Shown here piece by piece: positions 56,962 to 64,000 of a stretch of 64,000 nucleotides of DNA. The first letter of the stretch is position 1, and each line of letters opens with the position of its first letter. The notes under the pieces were generated by a model. It did not search any database, was not told where the DNA came from, and saw only the letters and a program-made list of their open reading frames with translations. The position numbers and the translations under genes were made by a program. Source of the DNA: Gammaproteobacteria bacterium (GTDB lineage: Bacteria > Pseudomonadota > Gammaproteobacteria > Chromatiales > Chromatiaceae); contig JAGRGU010000051.1 of the NCBI GenBank assembly GCA_020445335.1, forward strand, positions 125-64,124, read 5' to 3'.

Positions 56962-57903
56962 TCAATCCTGCGGCTTCTGTTCGAACGAGACGACGCGATT
57001 CCTGCCGCGCTGCTTGGCTTCGTAGAGCGCCTTGTCGGCGCACGCGAGGAGTTGCTCCGCACCGCAGCCCTGGTCGGGAATCGAAGTGCAGGTTCCCAGG
57101 CTGAGGGTGACGTGGCCACCGCTGACCGCGTGCTCTATCTGCAGCTGTTCAACCCGTTCGCGCAGGCGATCGGCGACGTGAGAGACCCCTTCGAGGTTGG
57201 TATCCGGCAGTACGATACAGAACTCTTCGCCGCCATAGCGACTGGCCAGATCGTTGCTGCGGCTGATGATGCTGGTCAGCATGTTGGAGACCTTCTGCAG
57301 GCAGGTGTCGCCGGCGATATGTCCGTAGTGGTCGTTGAAAGCCTTGAAATGGTCGATATCGCACATGATCACCGACAGCGGCGAGTGGGTGCGGGTGCAA
57401 CGCGCAATCTCCTTCGCCAGATGCCGGTCGAGCAGCCTGCGGTTGGCCAGGCCGGTCAGACCGTCCACCTCGGCCTGCCGCTGTAGCACGCTGTTGGCGT
57501 GCTCCAGCTCGCGCGAGACCTCTATCAGGCGGTGGCGCATCCTGGCGATGCGCTGCATCGCCACCAGTTTGGCGCGCAGGATCGTCTCGTCGACGGGCTT
57601 GGTGAGATAGTCGTCACCACCCGCATCGATACCGGAGGCGACGTCCGCCGGTTCTGCGCGTGTGCTGAGAAAGATGATCGGCACCCAATCCTCGTCCAGT
57701 GCCCGGATCTTGCGGGCGGCCTGATAACCATCCACTACCGGCATGACGACATCCATTAGAATCAGGTCCGGTCGTTCTGCCAGGTAACGTTCGATCGCCT
57801 GCTCTCCATTCTCGCAGCTGATCACCTGATGGCCGAAATCCTCAAGGATCGCGGTCATCAGGATGCGCATCGTCATCGTGTCGTCCACCAGCAGGATATT
57901 CAT
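56962..57903 (-). CDS. Response regulator with GGDEF diguanylate cyclase output
   Basis: ILLVDDT...LMDVVMPVVDG receiver domain. RYGGEEFCIVLP active site. The start is set at the ATG at 57903 (MNILLVDD); the track ORF extends about 92 codons upstream without domain content. Confidence 0.88.
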   Translation of the reverse strand: MNILLVDDTMTMRILMTAILEDFGHQVISCENGEQAIERYLAERPDLILMDVVMPVVDGYQAARKIRALDEDWVPIIFLSTRAEPADVASGIDAGGDDYLTKPVDETILRAKLVAMQRIARMRHRLIEVSRELEHANSVLQRQAEVDGLTGLANRRLLDRHLAKEIARCTRTHSPLSVIMCDIDHFKAFNDHYGHIAGDTCLQKVSNMLTSIISRSNDLASRYGGEEFCIVLPDTNLEGVSHVADRLRERVEQLQIEHAVSGGHVTLSLGTCTSIPDQGCGAEQLLACADKALYEAKQRGRNRVVSFEQKPQD

Positions 57904-58111
57904 GAACGGGAGGTTTAACTGTCCTTGTGATTTAAAAGCGACTACTGCAGTTTGAAAACAAAGGCGGATTAAAGCGCCATTCAGCTGCCGTTTGCAATGA
58001 TGGGGGTCAAGCACAGAACTCCCATGTGTGCGTCGACCGGAAGCCGTCCCCGGGTCGCGCAAAAGCGGTGGTCTACGGCGACGTTTCGACGGGTCAACTG
58101 CTGCTCCGCAT

Positions 58112-59869
58112 TCATTCGTTGCGCCAGGCGAATACCGCCTTGACCCGGTTGCCGGGAGAGATGAACTCCACCGATTCACACAGCCCGGTGACCAGCGAGA
58201 GACCCCGCCCCGAGAGCAGCGTCTCCTGCGAAGGTATCTTCTGCGCGAACTGGTTGAAATCGAATCCCACTCCGCTGTCTTCCACTTCGATGTTCATTTT
58301 TCCGCCGTTCGCCGACGGGCTGGCGCTGATGTGGATCTTGATATAGCCATCGGCAAGGGACTCCAGTCGAGCCTCGCGTTCGCTGAAATAGCGCGTGAAG
58401 CCCTCGGCTGTCTGTTTCAGATTCGACTGCAGTCGGAGCACGCCGTGATCGAGTGCATTGATGTAGAGTTCGGTCAGTATCGTGAATAGCGGTCGCCGGT
58501 GGCTGTGCAGCCCCAGCATCTCCTGAATATGGTTGATTGCCAGGGGTACCGGATCGGTCTCACGCAGACGCGCGCCGGAAAGCGTGATAGTGAACTCCAT
58601 CTGATCGTTGAGCGAGCTCTCTTCGCACAACTGCTGTTGCCTGGGCACTGGCTCAGCTGCACGGCCCTTGGACAACTCCGCCATCAGTTCCGGCTGGCAT
58701 GGGATGTCAACCAGGCTGATGTCATCGTCCTGCGGCGCATCAAGACAGAAAGCGCGCAGCGAATGGCTGATCTCGTCGATCAGCCTGTCGGGTGACGGTG
58801 CCGCGGAGATGGCCTTTTCCAGTCGCTCGCCGCCAAAGTACTGTTGTTCGGGATTTCGCGCCTCCAGCACGCCGTCGGAGACGAGCAGCAGATGATCGCC
58901 CTGTGACACCACTTCCATCTGCATGGTCTCTTCGTAACTGCTGGCGGGGTCGATACTCAACGGCAGGTTGGTCGAGACGAAGCGTTTCTTGATTGCACCA
59001 CTCTTGCCGTCGATCAGCAGCACGTCGGGCATGCCGCAATTGAAGACGGTGATATGTTTCAGCTGGCGGTTGAGGGAGACGAACTGGACCGCGAAAAAGA
59101 CCCCGGTGGGCAGCAGCTTGTGCAGCTTCTGGTTGATACCCGCGAGTATCTGATGCGGCGCGAATCCCTTGCTGGTCATGGCCCGGAAAGCCTCCGAGGC
59201 GGGCAGGGCGCCGATTGCCGCGGCCAGGCCGTGTCCGGTGAAGTCACCCATGATCACGTTCAGGTCACCCGAAGGAGCGTAGGCGGTAAGCAAAACGTCG
59301 CCGCTGAAGACCTCAGCGGGTTGCAGCAATACCGGCAGATGTTCCATCGCCACATTGCCGGCGACCACTGCATTGCTGAAGACCCCCTCGGCCATCTCCT
59401 CGTCCTTCTTCATGCGACTGTAGAGACTGCCCAGCTTGTCGTGAAGTCTGCTGATGCGCTCCAGCGAGCGTACTTTGGCGCGGAGAACGGTATGACTGAA
59501 GGGCTTGGTCAGGAAGTCGTCTCCGCCGACTTCGATGCAGCGCATGAGTACCTTTTCATCGGAACTGGCGGTGAGAAATACAACGGGGACGAAACGGCTG
59601 GTTTCGATAGCACGGATGCGGCGGACAGCCTCGTGTCCGTCCATGACCGGCATCATCACATCCATAAAGACGATATCGGGCAGCTGTGAGCGGAACAGCG
59701 CCAACGCACTGGCGCCGTCATCGGCTTCGATCACCTGATAGCCGCTGCGCTTCAGAAGTGCGCGCAGGATGACTCGGTTCGACAGTTCGTCGTCGACGAC
59801 CAGTGCCTTTTTTGTTTCCAGGTTAGACTGTTTGTTATCGACAGGATAGCCGTTATTGACCGCATGCAT
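58112..59869 (-). CDS. Three-domain signalling protein: REC plus PP2C/SpoIIE phosphatase plus RsbW/SpoIIAB-like HATPase (anti-sigma-type Ser kinase) domain
   Basis: ALVVDDE...FMDVMMPVMDG (REC). GDFTGHGLAAA and LLLVSDGVLEA...DDDISLV (PP2C). C-terminal LTELYINALDHG...VEDSGVGFD...GRGLSLV (HATPase_c_2-like). Confidence 0.85.
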   Translation of the reverse strand: MHAVNNGYPVDNKQSNLETKKALVVDDELSNRVILRALLKRSGYQVIEADDGASALALFRSQLPDIVFMDVMMPVMDGHEAVRRIRAIETSRFVPVVFLTASSDEKVLMRCIEVGGDDFLTKPFSHTVLRAKVRSLERISRLHDKLGSLYSRMKKDEEMAEGVFSNAVVAGNVAMEHLPVLLQPAEVFSGDVLLTAYAPSGDLNVIMGDFTGHGLAAAIGALPASEAFRAMTSKGFAPHQILAGINQKLHKLLPTGVFFAVQFVSLNRQLKHITVFNCGMPDVLLIDGKSGAIKKRFVSTNLPLSIDPASSYEETMQMEVVSQGDHLLLVSDGVLEARNPEQQYFGGERLEKAISAAPSPDRLIDEISHSLRAFCLDAPQDDDISLVDIPCQPELMAELSKGRAAEPVPRQQQLCEESSLNDQMEFTITLSGARLRETDPVPLAINHIQEMLGLHSHRRPLFTILTELYINALDHGVLRLQSNLKQTAEGFTRYFSEREARLESLADGYIKIHISASPSANGGKMNIEVEDSGVGFDFNQFAQKIPSQETLLSGRGLSLVTGLCESVEFISPGNRVKAVFAWRNE

Positions 59870-60031
59870 TGTCCGGGTTCATCCAGTTCGGGACCAAAGG
59901 GAGGTTGCAGCAGATATCGGCAAACAAATTAGATTCTTGATGCATGCAAGGGAAGCGGGGATGGATGACGAAGGAACGGCATCCGGCCGCCGCCGGTTGG
60001 ACCCGGCAGGGCGCCAGCGGTCCGCTGAAGA

Positions 60032-60478
60032 TCAGGTACGCAGCTGCTGCCCGTAGAAATGGGGGCGGGTAATGCCTGCATGCAGAGGTTCTATCTGCAG
60101 GTGGTTGCGGCGGCGATCGGCCTGCCGCTGCTCGACGATATCGCCGGCGGGCATTTGCCCGTTGGGTTGCCGGCGTCGGTCGCGAAGATTGGAGCGGTGA
60201 TAGTACTTACGCACCTCCATGCGTTTGCCCTTCAATTGGCGTCCGTTCAACCGTTCGATGACGGCCATCGCCTCGGTCGGATCTTCGAAATGGACGATGC
60301 CATGATACTCGGCGCTCTGATTGTCGAGGCTGGTTACGCGAAAGATTTCGCAGTCTATCTGCTGCGGACCATCCCCGCGCCTGAAGAGACTCCATTGCGG
60401 ACGAAGAGCAGCTGAGACGAAGTGGATGAGGTCGAGACGGGTTACGGATTCCGGAAGCCTGCGGATGAAGATGTCCAT
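60032..60478 (-). CDS. RRM-like RNA-binding protein with DRRR-repeat C-terminal tail
   Basis: ATG at 60478 preceded by GAGGTGA. RNP2-like IFIRRLP, RNP1-like EYHGIVHFE, AVIERLNGRQLKGKRMEV. Tail ...LRDRRRQ...QADRRRNHL. Confidence 0.65.
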   Translation of the reverse strand: MDIFIRRLPESVTRLDLIHFVSAALRPQWSLFRRGDGPQQIDCEIFRVTSLDNQSAEYHGIVHFEDPTEAMAVIERLNGRQLKGKRMEVRKYYHRSNLRDRRRQPNGQMPAGDIVEQRQADRRRNHLQIEPLHAGITRPHFYGQQLRT

Positions 60479-60635
60479 GCTTTCACCTCTACTGGTTCGG
60501 CCCCAGGGTAGCCTGGATAACCTCAAGTATAGTGCGGATGGGGAGCTGAAGTGATGAAAAACATGAAGTGCATCACAGATTTAGAAACACTTCCGAAGGA
60601 AACCAATAACCTGCGGAGTGCGCTGATTATGGCGG

Positions 60636-61064
60636 TCAGCTGGGGACGGAGGCCGGGGAGAGGGGTGCCGGAATATGGTCGATGATCAGGTTGTTGCGAC
60701 GCCGGTCTGAGCGCCGCCGGTCAACGATCGCCAGCTCTTCCGGGTCGGTCGAGCGCATGCGCCGCTCCTTGTTGCTGCTACGACTGTGGTAGATCCTCGG
60801 CTGCATCGTTCGGCCGTCGATGCGGCAGCTGGAGATCTGTTTGATCAGGGCCTCACCGGTCGTTTCGTCGTCGACATAGGCCAGTCCATGGTACTCGACC
60901 CGGTTCTGCGCGGGATCCTTGATGCGAAGAACTTCGCATCGCTCCACCCGGCCCCGGCGCCTGAATACCGGCAGCAGCCAGACACTGTTCATACAGTTTT
61001 GCAGAAACTGCTGGAGGCTGTCGGGGTTGGTATCCGCCGGAATTCCGGGTATCAGTATGATCAT
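60636..61064 (-). CDS. Paralog of the RRM-like protein, with DRRRSDRRRNNL tail
   Basis: Aligns by eye with the neighbouring gene (CEVLRIKD...VEYHGLAYVDDETTGEALIKQISSCRIDGRTMQPR versus CEIFRVTS...AEYHGIVHFEDPTEAMAVIERLNGRQLKGKRMEVR). Confidence 0.6.
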   Translation of the reverse strand: MIILIPGIPADTNPDSLQQFLQNCMNSVWLLPVFRRRGRVERCEVLRIKDPAQNRVEYHGLAYVDDETTGEALIKQISSCRIDGRTMQPRIYHSRSSNKERRMRSTDPEELAIVDRRRSDRRRNNLIIDHIPAPLSPASVPS

Positions 61065-61277
61065 TGTCTGTCTACAGCCGCCAGGCCCGGCCAGGTTGGG
61101 AAAAAATGCCCCTTCCGCTCTTCTGCATCAAAGGCTTCCAGATGCTTTTTATTCTTACTGCGAGATAAGGGTTGTTTATAGTACAGCTGGGTTGGGGATG
61201 CAAAGAAATTGGCTCCAGGCGCTGCCAGGGGACGCTATATAATGCCTCTTTTCGCTATCGGGAGCAGCAGTACCGGG

Positions 61278-61880
61278 ATGGAAACGGAGCAGACGATTAT
61301 CGACCTCATTCGACATGGAGAGCCGGTCGGCGGGCTCTTGATACGCGGTCAGCGCAACGATCCGTTGAGTGCAACCGGCTGGCGGCAGATGCGGGGAGCG
61401 GTCGAGGGGTGTACCGGCTGGCAGCGCGTCATCACCTCACCGTTGCTGCGCTGTGCGGAGTTCGCCCACGAACTGGCGGCGCGGCTGGCGATTCCGGTCA
61501 GCGAGGAGGCGGCCGTTGCCGAGATCGGATTCGGTCAGTGGGAAGGGGTGAAACCGGCCGAACTGCTGGCGCGACAACCGCAGGCCTATCAGGCATTCTG
61601 GGAAAATCCCGCCGATTTCACGCCGCCCGGTGGCGAACCCCTGGCCGAGTTTCAGGCCCGCGTGGTCACCGCACTGGAGCGCATTGTGCAGCGGCATTGC
61701 GGCGAACATCTGCTGATTGTCGCGCATGGCGGTGTGATACGCATGATGGTGGCGCATGTGCTGGGAATGCCGGCCGGTAATATGTTCCGCATGGATGTCC
61801 CCTATGCCGGGTTGAGCCGTATCCGGGTGGAGCGGGGCGTAGCGCGATTGAGCTTCCACTGCGGTCAGCCGCAACCGTGA
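61278..61880 (+). CDS. Histidine phosphatase family protein (alpha-ribazole phosphatase CobC-like)
   Basis: LIRHGE catalytic motif and AHGGVIR. The CobC assignment is suggested only by the adjacent Btu/Fec-type importer. The start is set at METEQT (61278). Confidence 0.7.
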   Translation: METEQTIIDLIRHGEPVGGLLIRGQRNDPLSATGWRQMRGAVEGCTGWQRVITSPLLRCAEFAHELAARLAIPVSEEAAVAEIGFGQWEGVKPAELLARQPQAYQAFWENPADFTPPGGEPLAEFQARVVTALERIVQRHCGEHLLIVAHGGVIRMMVAHVLGMPAGNMFRMDVPYAGLSRIRVERGVARLSFHCGQPQP

Positions 61881-61892
61881 AGCCCTGCGGTG

Positions 61893-62687
61893 CTAACTCT
61901 GCCCCGACCTGGTCCAGCTGAGCGCGAAGGCGTCTAGCAGGGATTGGCCGGAGTGACGCACCCTGACCGAAAAGGCCCGCTGCAGATTCTCGTCGTTGAT
62001 CACTGAGCCGGGGTCGCCAACGGCGAGGGTTTCACCCGCCAGCAGCAGCTGCAGGCGATCGCAGTAGTGGACCGCGAGGCGCAGGTCGTGCAGCACCACG
62101 ACCACCGCACCGCCGTTGTCGCACTGCGCGCGCAGCAGCTCCATCACCTCCAATTGGTGTGACAGGTCGAGCGCTGCGACCGGCTCGTCGGCGAGAATTA
62201 TGGTCGGCTGCACTGCCAGCGCCCGGGCCAGCAGAACGCGCGCCTTCTCGCCACCGGAGAGTGTCGGAAAGGGGCGTGCCGCCAGTTCGGCGAGGCCGGT
62301 CTGGCGCAGCGTCTCGGCAACAATCGCGCGGTCTGCCGGAGTTGCCTGCTGCCAGTTGCCAAGATGGGGAATACGGCCGAGCGCCACCACACGCTCGACG
62401 CTGATCGGCCAGTGCGCGGTGCCGGCCTGTGCCAGGTAGCCCAGCTGGCGTGCCCGCTGCCGGTCGTCGATCTGCTGCAGAGGACTGCCGTGCAGCGTGA
62501 CCTGACCGGAAGAGGGGTTGTGGATCCCTGTGAGGATCTTCAAAAGGCTGCTTTTGCCCGCGCCGTTGGGGCCGATCAGACCGAGCATCTCCCCGGCGTG
62601 CAGCTCGAGCGAAAGTGAACTCAGGATCGTGCGATCGCCCAGGCGCAGCGATACCCTGTCCGCCGCGAGCAGGCTCAGGTCTGCCAT
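61893..62687 (-). CDS. ABC transporter ATP-binding protein (FepC/BtuD/HmuV type)
   Basis: Walker A GPNGAGKS, signature LSGGE, Walker B ILADEP. Confidence 0.9.
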   Translation of the reverse strand: MADLSLLAADRVSLRLGDRTILSSLSLELHAGEMLGLIGPNGAGKSSLLKILTGIHNPSSGQVTLHGSPLQQIDDRQRARQLGYLAQAGTAHWPISVERVVALGRIPHLGNWQQATPADRAIVAETLRQTGLAELAARPFPTLSGGEKARVLLARALAVQPTIILADEPVAALDLSHQLEVMELLRAQCDNGGAVVVVLHDLRLAVHYCDRLQLLLAGETLAVGDPGSVINDENLQRAFSVRVRHSGQSLLDAFALSWTRSGQS

Positions 62688-63694
62688 CTGCGGCTCTTCA
62701 TAATCAGGTAGAGAAAAAATGGTGCGCCGATCAACGACGTGAGTACCCCGACCTTGATCTCGGTGCCGGCTGGGAAGAGACGCACCGCGATATCGGCGCA
62801 GAGCAGTAGTATCGCACCGCCGAGCGCGCTGACCGTGAGCAGCTTGCCGGGCTGATGACCGACGAGCGGGCGCAGCAGATGCGGGGTCACCAGGCCGATG
62901 AAGCCGATCGCGCCGGTGACGGAGACCGCGGAACCGACCGCCAGCGCCACCGCGGCGAAGACGCGCCAGCGCAGCCGGTCGATGGCGACCCCCAGCGTTC
63001 TGGCGCTCTCTTCACCGAGCGTCAGCGCATCCAGCGAACGCCCGCTGCCGGCCAGCAGCAGCCAGCCGAGCAGGGTTCCGGGCAGCATCAGCCAGAAGTC
63101 ATCGAGGCTGTTGTTGGCGATCGAGCCGAGCATCCAGAGAACGATTTCCCGCACCGCGTAGGGACTGGGCGCCAGATTGATCAGCAGTGAAATCAGCGAC
63201 AGCGCCAACGAGTTGACCGCTACGCCGGCCAGGATCAGGGTGGCGGTTCCCGCCGAGCGTCCGGCCAGCAGATAGACCAGCAGCGTGGCGCTCAGAGCAC
63301 CGGCTACACCACCGGCGGGCAACGCCAGCCAGAAACTGGCGGCGAGTCCGCTGTAGAGCATCACCGCCGCGCCCAGCGCTGCACCGCTGGCGCTGCCGAC
63401 CAGCCCGGGACTGGCAAGGGGATTGCGCAGCAGACCCTGCATGGCGGCGCCGCAGAGACCGAGTGTGGCGCCCGCGAAGAGCGCGATCAGCGCGCGTGGA
63501 AGACGCACTTCGGTCAATATCAGGGCGACCACCGTATCGGCACGTCTTGCCACATCCAGCGCTGCCTGCAGCACCGGAATCGGTCTGCTGCCGAAGAACA
63601 GCGAGGCGCAAAAAAGCAGCAACAGCAGGATGCTCATCGCCTGCAGTAACCTGCGTTCGTTTGCCGGCGCTGCCATGCTCGCTGTGCTGTTCAA
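62675..63694 (-). CDS. FecCD/BtuC-family ABC transporter permease
   Basis: Multi-TM protein of 339 aa. LTEVRLPRALIALFAGATLGLCGAAMQGLLRNPLASPGL is the FecCD signature region. Confidence 0.9.
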   Translation of the reverse strand: MNSTASMAAPANERRLLQAMSILLLLLFCASLFFGSRPIPVLQAALDVARRADTVVALILTEVRLPRALIALFAGATLGLCGAAMQGLLRNPLASPGLVGSASGAALGAAVMLYSGLAASFWLALPAGGVAGALSATLLVYLLAGRSAGTATLILAGVAVNSLALSLISLLINLAPSPYAVREIVLWMLGSIANNSLDDFWLMLPGTLLGWLLLAGSGRSLDALTLGEESARTLGVAIDRLRWRVFAAVALAVGSAVSVTGAIGFIGLVTPHLLRPLVGHQPGKLLTVSALGGAILLLCADIAVRLFPAGTEIKVGVLTSLIGAPFFLYLIMKSRRWQT

Positions 63695-64000
63695 GGTCGC
63701 AGGTCGCCGCGCGAATCGTGTGCCGCGGCCAGCGCTGCGACCGCATCGGCGATCATCGGGCCGCCGCAGATCCAGTATTTGTAGGCGATGTCGATGATCG
63801 GCCTGCCTGAGGTGATGCGTTGCAGCGCCGGATGCTGCATGCGGCGCTGGGCAAGTGAAGCCGTTCCCGGCGCGTAGGCGGAGGTGAATATCTGCGTCGG
63901 CTCGGCGAGCAGCAGGCTCTCCAGGTCGATTGCACCGTAGCCGTGAATCCCCAGCTCGGCACTGATATTGCGCCAGCCGGCCAAACGCAATGCCTCGTGC
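63691..64000 (-). CDS. Periplasmic substrate-binding protein of the Btu/Fec-type importer (partial; N-terminus beyond the window end)
   Basis: The reading frame is open to the window edge. The C-terminal segment ...PTQIFTSAYAPGTASL...YWICGGP is typical of cluster-A binding proteins. The stop overlaps the permease start. Confidence 0.6.
   Translation of the reverse strand, partial: HEALRLAGWRNISAELGIHGYGAIDLESLLLAEPTQIFTSAYAPGTASLAQRRMQHPALQRITSGRPIIDIAYKYWICGGPMIADAVAALAAAHDSRGDLRP

Noticed and set aside
61065-61277. Cobalamin riboswitch upstream of the cobC-like gene / Btu-type transporter neighbourhood.
   Set aside because: No B12-box-like core (GCCACTG-type element with the conserved GGTG/GGGAA context) could be read in this spacer. 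The transporter genes are on the opposite strand, and their leader lies outside the window.

Overview
This is a high-G+C (judged by eye, not computed) proteobacterial chromosomal window that is densely coding on both strands. No rRNA, CRISPR array, transposase or integrase was seen.

The core backbone is thrS-infC-rpmI-rplT-pheS-pheT-ihfA-merR-like-tRNA-Pro(GGG) at 16.6-24.2 kb, a gene order typical of Gammaproteobacteria. Other recognisable housekeeping and stress genes:
- oxyR divergent from ahpCF
- a molybdopterin oxidoreductase
- qor and dat
- ompR/envZ and osmC
- a complete moxR-DUF58-DUF4381-batA-batB/C-batD operon
- lexA
- a cobC-like phosphatase next to a BtuCD/FecCD-type ABC importer

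The window is rich in signalling genes:
- a three-gene phosphorelay at the left edge
- a PAS-GGDEF-EAL protein
- a REC-GGDEF protein
- a REC-PP2C-RsbW-like fusion
- a Ser/Thr kinase fused to a cNMP-binding domain

The most unusual content lies between about 30 and 45 kb and at 58-61 kb:
1. A lower-G+C PEP-CTERM gene islet bracketed by a 13-bp direct repeat.
2. A small Cys/Arg-rich ORF hidden antisense to a spurious 5' extension of a helicase ORF.
3. An MrfA/MrfB-like (DUF1998 helicase plus DEDD exonuclease-TPR) pair whose 3' end overlaps a convergent gene for a papain-like C1 peptidase fused to a GxSxG alpha/beta-hydrolase.
4. A degenerate ZnuA-like domain fused to an Sco1/SenC domain.
5. An uncharacterised 305-aa protein whose TGA stop overlaps the only plausible start (CTG) of the kinase-cNMP gene. 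That gene has no canonical start codon upstream of its glycine-rich loop.
6. An orphan hupF/hupK-like hydrogenase-maturation pair.
7. Two tandem RRM-like paralogs with DRRR-repeat tails.

All functional calls come from reading motifs in the supplied translations. No database search was possible.
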